64,000 nucleotides of DNA from an uncultured Candidatus Rokubacteria bacterium (GCA_963758635.1 CAVWWD010000008.1:512001-576000), one strand, 5' to 3'. Positions 20,614 through 31,471 are shown, counted from the first letter of the stretch. Numbers and translations are program-made. The notes: generated from the sequence alone by a model not told the origin.

Positions 20614-21453
20614 TCATCTCCCTCCGAGATCCTCCGAGGTGGCGCAGCGGAACCCGACGTGATGATGACCCCGGGCCGCTCCCCGGTGCTCGTAGAAGCG
20701 CCTGATCGTGACCCGCAGGTCGTCGGGCGGGTCGTCGTGGCTGGCCCCGCGGACCACGCGCGTGGCGCCTCGCTCGCCACCCTCCCGGCCGTCGCCGGCG
20801 CGGTAGGGGTAGGGGCGGAACAGGCTCGACGTCCACTCGCGCAGGTTGCCGATCATGTCCTGGACGCCATGCGGGCTCGCTCCCGTGGGCCGCCGGTCCC
20901 CCGGCTCCGTGGCATTGTACGCCCGGCCGTAGACGGCGCGGTCGGGCGTGGGCGGCGCGTCGCCCCAGGGGTAGCGGCGAAGGTCGTCGCCGCGCGCGGC
21001 CTTCTCCCATTCCGCCTCCGTGGGCAGGCGCATCCTCTTCCAGAGGCAGTAGTCGCGGGCGCCGAACCACGACACCTCGACGGCGGGATGATCCTCCCAG
21101 CCGGGGTCGGCCACGAACACGTCGCGCCCCGAGGCGTCGCGGACGCGGTGGATGCGCGCGTCCGCGTCGTCGGCGTCGTAGTAGTCCTCGCCCTCGGGGC
21201 TCTTCAGGCCCCCGGCGTTCAGGAACACCGCGACCTCGCGGTTCGTGACCTTGTGCCGGTGGATGTAGAACTGCTCCAGGTAGAGGCCGTGCAGCGGCGC
21301 CTCGGCGGGACCGTCGCGGTCGCTGCCCATGCGAAACGCGCCGCGGTCGACCAGCATGACGCCGTCGGCGGCGGCGGTGGTCGGCGCGAGCGCGCCGACG
21401 AGCAGCCCGAGCGCCGCGCGCCGGCGGGCTCGTCCGGGGAGCGGTGGCGTCAC
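20614..21453 (-). CDS. Formylglycine-generating enzyme (SUMF1/FGE-sulfatase) domain protein
   Basis: FRMGS, RLPTEAEWEKAARG, YPWG, DMIGNLREW, RGAS, VGFRC; signal-like N-terminus; GTGA overlap with upstream gene. Confidence 0.85.
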   Translation of the reverse strand: MTPPLPGRARRRAALGLLVGALAPTTAAADGVMLVDRGAFRMGSDRDGPAEAPLHGLYLEQFYIHRHKVTNREVAVFLNAGGLKSPEGEDYYDADDADARIHRVRDASGRDVFVADPGWEDHPAVEVSWFGARDYCLWKRMRLPTEAEWEKAARGDDLRRYPWGDAPPTPDRAVYGRAYNATEPGDRRPTGASPHGVQDMIGNLREWTSSLFRPYPYRAGDGREGGERGATRVVRGASHDDPPDDLRVTIRRFYEHRGAARGHHHVGFRCATSEDLGGR

Positions 21454-22770
21454 GGCACGCTCGGCAGCGGGACGATCCACCCGGCCTCGAGCAGGTACGT
21501 GTAGAGGTGGCCGAACGCTCCCGGGAAGCGAATGCCGTCGGCGGTGACCGGCCGCGCCGGATCGAAGGCCACGGTGTCCGGCCCAAGGCCGGCCTGGGCC
21601 AGGCGCTCGCGGAACGTGGCGGCGGCCATCGGGTACACGGACACGCGCACGTTCTGCGCGAAGAGCTTGCCGACGGCCTGGAACGCGCCGCCGATCTCCG
21701 TCTCGCCCGCGCTCGCGATCATCACCTCGACCAGGGTCGATGCGCCCAGCGCGAGGCGGATGGGCTCCCGCGTGTACCGCCGGAGGTGGTCGGTCAGCTC
21801 CCATGCGTGCGGGTAGCGGGTGATCGCCACGGGGAAGCCCAGGCCGTTCAGGCGGGCGATGCGCCGCAGCAGCTCGTCGTCCTCCGGCAGCGACGTGTCA
21901 CTGGGCGGGCGCATGGTCATCTCGAAGAGACAGAGGGGCTCCTGGGCGTCGGCCGGCAGCTCCGCCCGGAGCCGCTGCCCCGCGCCGGTGAGGAGCGGCC
22001 CGTGCACGGGCTTCTCCGAGCGGAAGCGGCCGCGCTCGAGCACGACGGGTCGACGGCGCAGGATCTCGGTCGGCGCGGCGAGGGCGCCGTCGGGCTGGAA
22101 CACCACGGCGCCGGCCAGGTCCTGGCGCACGAGACGGAGCCCTACCGCGCGCGCGTCGAAGCCCACGAACGCCGGGCCGCTCACCTCGGCCACGTCCACC
22201 TCGACGCGATCCAGCGAGAGCCCGTCGAACAGCGACGCCAGGAACTCGGCCGGCGTGGCGCGGTCGCTGATGGGCGGCGTGCAGCAGGTTGACGCCCAGC
22301 ACGCCGAGCGCCTGCTGCTGGAGGATCTGGCTCGGCTCGAGCATGTTGACGTGGAGCAGCGCGTCGCTCGGCGCCGCGCCCGGCCGGTCCTGGAAGCGCA
22401 GGCCCATCCACCCGTGGCACTCGTTCGTGCCCGCGTAGTTGCGCGCCGACACGGTGTCGGCGAACGCGAAGAGGCGCGTGTCCGTCCCCCGCGTCTCGCC
22501 CAGCGTGCCGACGAGCAGCGAATGCTCGCGGTCGAGCATGGCGATCAGGCGGTCGCGCGAGACGTACCGGCGGGTCTTCCCGTAGATCGCGTCGCTCATC
22601 GCCATGTCGTAGGCGGAGATCGTCCGGGCGACCGTCCCGGCCGCGCCGCCGACGAGGAAGAACCAGCGCGCGACCTCCTGGCCGGCGCCGATCTCGGCGA
22701 AGGAGCCGTAGAGCGAGCGGTCGAGGTTGATCGCGAGGGCCCGCTGATGCGTGTCCGCGTGGTCGGCCAG
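21450..22770 (-). CDS. Conserved protein of unknown function (family variously annotated as nicotinate-nucleotide adenylyltransferase-like), frameshift near 22265
   Basis: KAL-like start QRALAINLDRSLYGSFAEIGAGQEVARWFF...GGAAGTVARTISAYDM...FAFADTVSARNY...HGWMGLRFQ; second half in the 21450-22199 frame. Confidence 0.7.
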
Positions 22771-22869
22771 GGTCGTGCCTCCTCGGATGAGCGCCGGCTG
22801 CGCCGCGGGCGCGGGAGCGCGAGCCTCCGCGCCGCCGCGGCGAGGACATTTTACGCTGCGCTCGTCGTG

Positions 22870-22983
22870 CTCCCTCTCCCTTTCAGGGTGAGGGTCGGTG
22901 GCATCACCTCGCGGCGAGACGTTCCATGAGGTTGTTCGACCGCCCCTCACCCTGCCCTCTCCCCAGGGGGAGAGGGAGTGACG
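22870..22983. repeat. REP-doublet/MITE-like palindromic element, copy 2
   Basis: Shares GGGTGAGGGTCGGTGG...ACCTCGCGG...AGACGTTCCA...CGACCGCCCCTCACCCTGCCCTCTCCCCAG...GGGAGAGGGAGTGACG with 10307-10432. Confidence 0.8.
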
Positions 22984-23042
22984 AGCGTTGGCTCTGCGTT
23001 GCCTTTACGTCCGGGCGGCCATCGGGTAAGGTGAGGCCCGGC

Positions 23043-25104
23043 ATGAACTCCCGGTGGGACGACGCGACGGCGGCGAAGCTCGACGGACTCGATCTCCTCG
23101 TCTACGCCTCCCGCCTCGTCGGGGCCGAGACCTCGCTGGTGGTGTGGGGCGGGGGCAACACGTCGATCAAGGTCGTGGAGCGCGACCACCGCGGGCGCGA
23201 GACGCGCGTGCTCCGGGTGAAGGGCAGCGGCTCCGACCTCAAGAGCATCCAGAAGAAGGACTTCCCCGGCGTCCGCATGGACGACGTGCTCGCGCTGCTG
23301 GATCGCGCCGACATGGGCGACCAGGAGATGGTCGACTACCTCCGCTTCGCGCTGCAGGATCCGGGCGGCTCGCGCCCGTCGATCGAGACGCTGCTGCACG
23401 GCTTCCTCCCCGCCGAGGCCGTCATCCACACCCACGCCGACGCCGTCGTCTCCCTCACCAACAACGACCGTGCCGCCGACGTGCTGCGCGAGGTGTACGG
23501 CGACGAGGTCGCCGCGCTTCCATACCGCCGCCCGGGGTTCAAGATCTCCCGGGAGGTGGCGGACCTGCTCCGCGCGCGGCCGAACCTGCGCGCGATCCTC
23601 CTGGAGAAGCACGGCACGATCTGCTGGGGCGCCGGTGTGAAGGCCGCGTACCTGGCGACCATCGAGCTGATCAGCCGTGCCGAGGAGGCCATCGCCTACC
23701 GGCAGCGCGGCCGCGTCCGCTTCGGCGGCGTGCAGGTGGAGGCGCCCGTCGCCGGCCGAGCGGCGTCGCGTGGCCCTGGCGGTGGCGCCGCATCTGCGCG
23801 GGCTCGTCGGCCGCGATCGCCGCGCGATCGTCACCTTCGACGACGCGCCCGACGTGCTCGAGTTCGCCGCCTCCGCCGAGGCCGCGGCCCTCTGCACGGT
23901 GGGGCCGGCCACGCCGGATCACACCATCTACACGAAGCGGCTGCCGTGCTTCGTGCCCGTGGATCGGCCGGCCGACGCCGAGGCGGTGAAGACGGCGCTG
24001 GATGGCGCGGTGGCGCGGTTCGTCGGCGACTACACCGCGTACTTCGAGGGCCATAACCGCGAGGGGGCGACGCTCACCGATCCGTTCCCGCGGGTGATCG
24101 TGGTGGGCGGGCTCGGCATGTTCACCACGGGCAAGGATCGCCGCACCGCGGTGATCGTCAGCGACATCTATCACCACACCATCTCCGTGCTCGGCGCCGC
24201 CACCGCGTTCGGCCGCTACGTGTCGCTGTCCGCGCGCGACGCCTTCGACGTGGAGTACTGGCCGCTCGAGCTCTACAAGCTCGCGCAGGCGCCGCCCGAG
24301 AAGGAGCTGTCGCGGCGCGTGGCGCTGGTCACGGGCGGGGCCGGGGGCATCGGCCGGGCGGTGGCGGCCCGCCTCGTCGCCGAGGGCGCGCACGTGGTCG
24401 TGGCCGACCTGGACGCGGCGGGGGCGCGGAAGGCGGCGGACGAGATTGCCGCCGCGGCCGGTGGCGGCCGGGCGCTCGGCCTCGGCATGGACGTGACCAG
24501 CGAGGCCTCGGTGCGGGCGGCCTTCGAGGAGTGCGTGCTCGCCTACGGCGGCCTCGACATCGTGGTGTCCAACGCCGGCATCGCCCACGGAGCGCCGGTG
24601 GACCGGATGGAGCTGGCGGACTGGGAGCGGTCGTTCGCGGTCAACGCGACCGGCCACTTCCTCGTGGCGCGCGAGGGCATGCGCATCCTGCGTGCTCAGG
24701 GGCTCGGTGGGAGCTTCGTCTTCGTGGCCACGAAGAACGTGATGTCGCCCGGCAAGGACTTCTCCGCCTACTCGGCGTCCAAGGCGGCGGAGGCGCAGCT
24801 CGCCAAGGTCCTGGCCCTCGAGGGCGGGCCCGACGGGATTCGCTCGAACATCGTGAACCCCGATGCCGTGTTCCGCGACTCCGGCCTGTGGACGGACGAC
24901 GTGCGGCGCGAGCGCGCGCGCGCCCAGGGCATCGCCGTGGACACGCTCGAGGACTTCTACCGCAAGCGCAACATCCTGGCGCGCGCCATCCTGCCCGAGG
25001 ACGTGGCGGAGGCCGTGCTGTTCCTCGCCTCCGACCGCTCGGCCAAGACGACCGGCTGCACGCTCACCGTGGACGGCGGCGTCAAGGACGCCTTCCCGCG
25101 CTGA
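23043..25104 (+). CDS. Bifunctional class II aldolase / short-chain dehydrogenase (RhaD-RhaEW type), frameshift near 23745
   Basis: GGGNTSIK, VKGSGSDL, PSIETLLH, HTHAD, TPDH; SDR domain TGGAGGIG, NAG, YSASK. Confidence 0.9.
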
Positions 25105-25225
25105 CGGAGACCAGTCATGGACGGGCTCGGCGGACCGCCACGCTGTTCAGGGTCCGCCTCCGTTCACGAATGATGCGGACCGGCCGTACGATGCCGGGCC
25201 GCTGGCCCGCGGATCCGGATGATCC

Positions 25226-26032
25226 ATGCCGACCTTCGCTGTCGACGACCGTCGCCTGAGCTACGAGGACACCGGGGCCGGACCGGTGGCGCTGCTCGTC
25301 CACGGCTCCCCGGGAAACGCGCGCGCGTGGGCCCGCGTGGGTGAGCGCCTGGCCGGGCGCTTCCGCGTGATCGCCCCCGACCTTCCTGGCTACGGCGAGA
25401 CCACGCCCCAGCCGGAGGCTGAAGAGCCGGACGTGACCGTCGGGTGCGAGCTGATCGAGGCGCTCGTCCGGAGCGTGGGGCCGCCCGCGGTCCTCGCCGG
25501 GCACTCCTACGGCGGCGTCGTCGCGCTGGCCGTCGGCCTGCGAGGCCGTGTGTCGGTGGGGGCGCTGGCGCTCTTCGAGCCGGTCGCGGTCCCGGCGCTG
25601 GCGATGGCCGGCGAGCCGGACGCGTATGCCGCGGCGAAGACCGTGTTCGACGACTACATCGCCCGGGCCGGGGCCGGCGATCACGGAGCGGTCCGCACGA
25701 TGGTCGATTTCTGGTTCGGCGCCGGCGCCTTCGCCCGGATGCCCGAGCCCCTCACGGCCTACATGATGAAGGAGACCGCGTCGAACGTGCGGGACGTGAC
25801 GGCCACGTTCCGGCAGCGCTATTCGGCGGCGGCGCTCGGCACGCTGCGCATGCCGGTGACGGTGGTGGTGGGCGCCCGGAGCCCCGAGGTCACGCGCCGC
25901 ATCGCGCAGGCGATTGCCCGGCACGTGCCGCACGGCTCCGTCCAGACGCTCGAGGGGGCGAACCACGCGCTCACCACGACGCACGCCGACGCCGTCGCCG
26001 AGGCGATCGCGGGCGCCGCCGCCCGCGGCTGA
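25226..26032 (+). CDS. Alpha/beta-fold hydrolase
   Basis: LVHGSPG, APDLPGYG, GHSYGG, GANH. Confidence 0.85.
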   Translation: MPTFAVDDRRLSYEDTGAGPVALLVHGSPGNARAWARVGERLAGRFRVIAPDLPGYGETTPQPEAEEPDVTVGCELIEALVRSVGPPAVLAGHSYGGVVALAVGLRGRVSVGALALFEPVAVPALAMAGEPDAYAAAKTVFDDYIARAGAGDHGAVRTMVDFWFGAGAFARMPEPLTAYMMKETASNVRDVTATFRQRYSAAALGTLRMPVTVVVGARSPEVTRRIAQAIARHVPHGSVQTLEGANHALTTTHADAVAEAIAGAAARG

Positions 26033-26058
26033 GGCTCGACGGTGCCCCCGAAGGCTTT

Positions 26059-26086
26059 GCGAGCCGAGCCGAAGGCGAGGCGAGCG
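26059..26086 (+). repeat. Short GAGC/GAAG hairpin-type repeat, intergenic copy
   Basis: GCGAGCCGAGCCGAAGGCGAGGCGAGCG, closely similar to 35137-35165 inside dnaE2. Confidence 0.55.
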
Positions 26087-26112
26087 TATATGGAAATGAA
26101 GTGGAAACGTCC

Positions 26113-26829
26113 ATGAGGGGGCAGACCCCGAAGGTGGCGCAGTGCCGCGCCGAGGTGACCGCGACGCGCGCCCTCACGTCCGAGGTGATCGAGGTGGACC
26201 TGCGCGTCACCGAGCCCGCGGGCTTCCGCTTCGCCGCCGGGCAGTGGGTCTCCGTTCCCTTCGGACCCAAGGTGGTGCGCGCCTGGAGCATGGCCTCGTC
26301 GCCGGCCCGCCGCGACCGCCTCACCCTGTCCGTGGACGTGGCGCCCGGCGGGATCGGCTCGCAGTGGGTCCGGGCGCTCCAGGTGGGCGACGCCGTCACG
26401 TTCAAGGGGCCCACGGGCGGCTTCGTCTTCGACCGGGCCGATGCCCGGCGCGCGCTCTTCGTGGCCGAGGAGATCGGCATCGTCCCGATCCGCTCGATCC
26501 TGCTCGACCTGTACGAGACCGGCTACGGCCGCCCCACCGGGCTCGTGTTCTGGGCGCGTGACACCGGCTGGCTCGTCTACGACGCCGACTTCCGCTCGCT
26601 CGCGCGACGCTACCCGTCGTTCACGTACTTTCCCGCGGCGCGCGAGGCGCCGGCGGGCTGGCGGGGCGATCGCGGCGAGGCGCACGAGGTCGTGGACCGG
26701 CTCGTCCACAGCGTCGATCGCCTGCAGGTGTACGTGTGCGGCGGCGGGCCGACCATCAACCGCGTGCGCGACACGCTCGTGCGGAAGGGGATGGACCGCA
26801 AGAGCGTGAAGTGGGAGAAGTTCTGGTAG
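26113..26829 (+). CDS. FNR-like FAD/NAD(P)-binding oxidoreductase
   Basis: FAAGQW, RAWSMAS, PGGIGS, GPTGGF, IGIVPIRS, VYVCG, C-terminal EKFW. Confidence 0.85.
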   Translation: MRGQTPKVAQCRAEVTATRALTSEVIEVDLRVTEPAGFRFAAGQWVSVPFGPKVVRAWSMASSPARRDRLTLSVDVAPGGIGSQWVRALQVGDAVTFKGPTGGFVFDRADARRALFVAEEIGIVPIRSILLDLYETGYGRPTGLVFWARDTGWLVYDADFRSLARRYPSFTYFPAAREAPAGWRGDRGEAHEVVDRLVHSVDRLQVYVCGGGPTINRVRDTLVRKGMDRKSVKWEKFW

Positions 26830-26840
26830 GGCACGAGTGC

Positions 26841-27262
26841 ATGAAGGCGACGGTTTTCCACGTACAGGTGAACGTGCGGGATCCCGCGGTGTCGCTGCCG
26901 TTCTACCGGGACCTGCTTCGGCACTGGAGTTTCTACCGGTGTACGACGAGGGCGGCGTGGCCGGCTTCTCCGACGGGCGCACAGCCGTCTGGGTGATGGG
27001 GACCCCGGCACCCCACGCCGCCGCGGGCTTCCACCGGAAGCGTCCCGGCCTGAATCACGTCGCCTTCCGCGTGGCCAGGCGCGAGGAGGTCGACGCCTTC
27101 CACGCCGGCTTCCTTCGCCCGCGTGGGCTGCCAACCCTCTACGAGACGCCCCGGCCGTTCCCCGAGTACACGCCCGGTTACTACGCCGTCTTCTTCGAGG
27201 ACCCCGACCGGCTCAAGCTCGAGGTAGCCCACGTCCCCGAGCTGCCCTGGAGCATGTCCTGA
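26841..27262 (+). CDS. VOC/glyoxalase family protein, frameshift near 26925
   Basis: HVQVNVRDPAVSLPFY then PGLNHVAFRV...EVD...YYAVFFEDPDRLKLE. Confidence 0.8.
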
Positions 27263-28913
27263 TGGCTGATCTGAACGGCGGGCACTTGGTGGCGCGCACC
27301 CTCAAGCAGGCCGGCGTGGGGCACGTGTTCACCCTCTGCGGCGGCCACATCCTGCCCATCTACGACGGGTGCATCACCGAGGACGTGCAGGTCGTGGACA
27401 TGCGCCACGAGCAGGCGTGCGCGCACGCGGCAGACGCGTACGCGCGCCTCACCCGCAACATCGGCGTGGCGGTGGTGACGGCGGGGCCGGGCGTGACCGA
27501 CGCGGTGACCGGCGTCGCCAACGCGCACTCGGCGCGGAGCCCGTTGCTCCTCATCGGTGGGGCCGCCCCGCTCGGGCTGCGGGGGCTGGGCGCGCTCCAG
27601 GAGACGGAGCAGGTCGGGCTGCTGCGGCCCATCACGAAGGGCGCGTGGACGGTGGCCGAGACGCGCCAGATCCCCGAGGTGCTCACCACGGCCATCCGCA
27701 CCGCGCTCACCGGGCGGCCGGGCCGGTGTTCGTCGAGATCCCCGTGGACCTGCTGATGACCGTGGTGGAGGACCGGTTCGCCCCGATCCCCACCGACTAC
27801 GTCCACCGCGCGCCGCAGGCGGCGGACACGCGCTCCGTGGACCGGCTCGTGGAGCTGCTCGCGTCCGCCGAGCGGCCGGTGGTCATGGCGGGCGCCGGCG
27901 TCTACTGGGACGACGCGGCCGCGGAGCTGGCCGCCTTCGCCGAGCGCTCGGGCGTGCCCGTGTTCATGAACGGAGCGGGCCGCGGTTGCCTGCCGAGCGC
28001 GCATCCGCTCGCGTTCGCCCAGGCGCGCGGCTTCGCCCTGGGGCAGGCGGACGTGGTCCTCGTGCTCGGCGCGCCGCTCGACTTCCGCCTGGGCTACGGG
28101 CGTCCGCCCTCGTTCGCGGACAACGCGCGCGTGGCCATGATCGACGCGGATCCCAGCGAGCTCGGGCGGAACCGTCCGCTGGCGCTGGGCCTCTCCGCCC
28201 ACATCGGCCTCGTCCTGCGCCAGGCCACCGGCGCGCTGCCCGCCGGGCTGGCCGGCCGCTTCGAGAAGTGGCGCGCCGCGCTTTCCGCGCGCGAGCAGGA
28301 GGGGCAGGCGCGGCTCATGAGCGAGCGGCGCTCGGACAGCGTGCCGATCAGCCATTACCGTCTCGCCCACGAGATCGCCGCCGTGGTGGACGCCGACACC
28401 ACCGTGGTGGGCGACGGTGGCGACGTGGTCGGCTGCGCGTCGCGCATCGTGCCGCTGTCCCGGCCCGGGCAGTGGCTCGATCCCGGGCCGTTCGGGTGCC
28501 TCGGGGTGGGGCCGTCCTTCGCCATCGCCGCGAAGCTGCTGGCGCCGGACCGCCGCGTGCTGCTCATCGCGGGCGACGGCGCGTTCGGCCTGAACGGCAT
28601 GGAGCTGGAGACGGCGGTCCGCTTCGGCCTGCCGATGACGGTGGTGGTCGGCAACGACGGCGGCTGGGGGCAGATCCGCAATCCCCAGCTCTCGTTCTTC
28701 GGCGCGGAGCGCGCCGTGGCCACGTCGCTGCCGTTCACGCGCTACGACCGGATGGCCGAGGCGCTGGGCGGCGTGGGCTTCCACGTGACCGAGCCGTCGG
28801 CGCTGCGACCGGCGCTCGAGGCGGCCATCGGCTCGGGCCGGGTCGCCTGCGTCAACGTCGAGCTGGATCCGTCCGCGTACCGGCGGACGGGCCAGGTGTC
28901 CATGGCGATCTGA
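27262..28913 (+). CDS. Thiamine-diphosphate enzyme (acetolactate synthase / 2-hydroxyacyl-CoA lyase-like), frameshift near 27720
   Basis: FTLCGGHI, MRHEQACAHAADAYAR, TAGPG, DPGPFGCLG, ThDP motif GDGAFG...GNDGGWG. Confidence 0.9.
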
Positions 28914-28949
28914 CCCGCGCCTCGCCGGGCCTCCGCCTCACCCTCCACG

Positions 28950-29993
28950 ATGCGCGTCACGTTCCTCGCCCCGCACGTCCGGATCGCGGGCGGGGTGCGC
29001 GCCATCCTGACCTACGCCGACCGGCTCGCCGGCCGCGGCCACGCCGTGACGGTGGCGGTGCCGGCGCCGGGCCTCGGCCGCGCGTGGTGGCGCAACCGCC
29101 GGCCCGAGGCGCCCGCGTGGATGCCCGGCCTGCGCGCGCGCATCGTGTGGGTTCCCGGCTGGCAGGCGCGCCATCTGCCCGACGCGGACGCGCTGGTGGC
29201 CACGGCGTGGCAGTCCGCGCCGTTCGTGGCGGCGGCGCCCGCGCGCTGCGGGCGCAAGGCCTACCTGATCCAGCACTACGAGAGCCTCTATCACGGCGAG
29301 GCGGCGCGCGTGGACGCGACGTACCGGCTGCCGCTCGCGAAGATCGTCATCTCGACCTGGCTCGCCGACGTCATGCGGGAGCGCTTCGCGAGCGCCTCCG
29401 AGCTGCTCGTGACCCCGGTGGATCCCGCGCTGTTCCACCCCGTGGAGACCGGGCCCGACGACGGAACGGTGCGCGTGCTCATGCTCCACCACGACTACGC
29501 GTGGAAAGGCGTGGCCGACGGGCTGGAGGCGGTGGCGCGGGTCCGGGCCCGGCATCCCGAGCTGCGACTCGTGGGGTTCGGCGTGAAGCCGCCGCGCGAC
29601 GCGGCGCCCTACGACGAGTTCTTCGAGAACCTGCCCCAGGAGCGTCTGGCCTGGCTCTACAGCCGCTGCCCGATCTACCTCTGCCCGTCGTGGGACGAGG
29701 GACTCGGCATGCCGTCGATGGAGGCCATGGCGTGCGGCGCCGCGCTCTGCACCTACGACAACGGCGGCTGCCGCGACTACGCGCTGGACGGGGAGACGGC
29801 GCTGGTGGCCTCGCGGCGCGACGTGGACGGGCTGGCGGTCGCGCTCGGGCGGCTCCTCGAGGACGCGGGACTGCGCGCGCCGGATCGCCCGGGCGGGGCA
29901 GGAGCTCGTCCGCACCCGCTTCGACTGGGACCGGCGCCGCCGCGGAGCTCGAGGCCATCCTGTCGCAGCGGGCGGGTCGAGGGCGGGACCTGA
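28950..29993 (+). CDS. GT4 family glycosyltransferase (C-terminus affected by frameshifts near 29880 and 29935)
   Basis: GGVRAIL, VATAW, YLIQHYE, KG, EGLGMPSMEAMACG. Confidence 0.85.
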   Translation: MRVTFLAPHVRIAGGVRAILTYADRLAGRGHAVTVAVPAPGLGRAWWRNRRPEAPAWMPGLRARIVWVPGWQARHLPDADALVATAWQSAPFVAAAPARCGRKAYLIQHYESLYHGEAARVDATYRLPLAKIVISTWLADVMRERFASASELLVTPVDPALFHPVETGPDDGTVRVLMLHHDYAWKGVADGLEAVARVRARHPELRLVGFGVKPPRDAAPYDEFFENLPQERLAWLYSRCPIYLCPSWDEGLGMPSMEAMACGAALCTYDNGGCRDYALDGETALVASRRDVDGLAVALGRLLEDAGLRAPDRPGGAGARPHPLRLGPAPPRSSRPSCRSGRVEGGT

Positions 29994-30013
29994 CCGCGCC
30001 CGCGAGGATCAGA

Positions 30014-31301
30014 TCAGTCGTCGGCCGGCGTGACGAACGCGCCGTAGCCCTTGGCGTTGAGCTCGCGGAGCTTGGCGTTCGCCTCGTCCTGGCTGGCGTA
30101 CGGGCCCACGCGCACGCGGTTCCAGACGCCGCGTGAGCCCTGGATCGGGCTGATGGCCACGGGCATCGAGAGCCGGCGCAGCCCTTCGGCCATCTGCATG
30201 GCGGCGGCCGAGCGTCCTGAACGCTCCCACCTGCACCCAGTAGCCGGGTCGCGAAGGAGCGATCTTCCTCTGGAGTGGCGCCGACGCCACGCGAGGGTGA
30301 GCCGCCGGCTGGTCGGCGGGCTTCGCCGCTGTCGACGGCCTGGGGGCGGCGGGCGCGGGCGTCTTCGCCGTCGAAGCCGGGGCCTTGGTCGGGGCGGGCG
30401 CGTCGCCATCCGGAGCGGCGTGGTCGCGGGAACGGACTTGCTCGGGGAGCCTCCGATGTCTTCGCGGTACCGTGCTGTTGGCGGCGGTGACCTTCACGGC
30501 TGGCCCCTCGATCATCCGCGCCGGCGCCATGCTCACGGTCGAGGCCGCGATCGCCGGAGCGGGCGGAGGCGGCGAGACGGGCGGAGGCGGCGGGACGGCG
30601 GGCGCCGCCGCGACGCGCACGCCGCGCGGGACCGTCTCGTCCTCGGGAGGCGGCCCGGCGAGCGGGGCGAGGGCGGCGGCCACCACCTCGGGCGGCGGCT
30701 TGGGCGCGTCCCGCCGCATGCGGGAGACCAGCTCGGCGTACGGCACGGCGGTGAGCACGCGGGAGAACTGGGCGCGGTAGTTCGCCACGAGGCTCACGCG
30801 GTCGATGATCACGTCGCGCACGGCCCAGCGGTCGCTGCGACGCACCATGCGGTAGTCGACGTTGATGTTCTCGCCGCTGCGCGTGAGGACCCGCGTGCTC
30901 ACGGTGGCGAGGTCCCCTTCGACCGATTCCGCCACGTATTCGACGCTGACGCCCCCGGCCACGCGCGCCTTCGAGCCGATCATGGCCAGGTAGCCGCGCT
31001 CGAGGAGGTCGGTGAAGAGTCGCACGAACTCTTCCTGCTCGGTCGGGGTTCGCGTGGGCCAGGCGGGTCCGAGGGCCATGCGCCGCCGCCTCGCGGAAGT
31101 CGAACATGCTGCGGGCCAGGGCGTGGATGGCGCGCTGGGGCTCGTCGATGCCCGTGGTCGGGTCGGCGGAGCGGAGGATGGCGTTGGCGCGCTCGAAGAA
31201 GCTCCCGAGGATGGCGGTGGGGGAGGCCGGCCATGCAGGCGAGGGGAGAGCGAGAGCAAGGACCACGACCGCACGAGTGCCACGGGACTACTACGGCCCA
31301 T
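30014..31301 (-). CDS. MlaC/Ttg2D-like lipid-binding protein fused through a Pro/Ala-rich linker to a C-terminal SPOR domain (several frameshifts)
   Basis: Signal peptide; MFDFREA..RMALG..W...EQEEFVRLF...VDYRM...WAVRDVIIDRVSLVANYRAQF (MlaC); YWVQVGAF...RVRVGPYASQDEA...L...G (SPOR). Confidence 0.75.
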
Positions 31302-31412
31302 CCCGCTCAACGATAGACCCGAGCCGTGTGTTTTTGCAGGAGTTTCTTGCGGCGGCCCACACCCCGCTATCCATGGGGGTGCGTGGGGTTCCGGCCCACC
31401 ATATCTTCGGGA

Positions 31413-31443
31413 TTGTTAATACTCAACAGATGACGTGTATACT
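31413..31443 (+). promoter_or_regulatory. AT-rich imuA promoter with TGTT-N7-AACA palindrome (candidate LexA operator)
   Basis: TGTT 31414-31417 / AACA 31425-31428; TATACT 31438-31443; upstream of the SOS mutagenesis cassette. Confidence 0.4.
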
Positions 31444-31471
31444 CTGGCCCTCGGCACGAACAGCTTCGACC

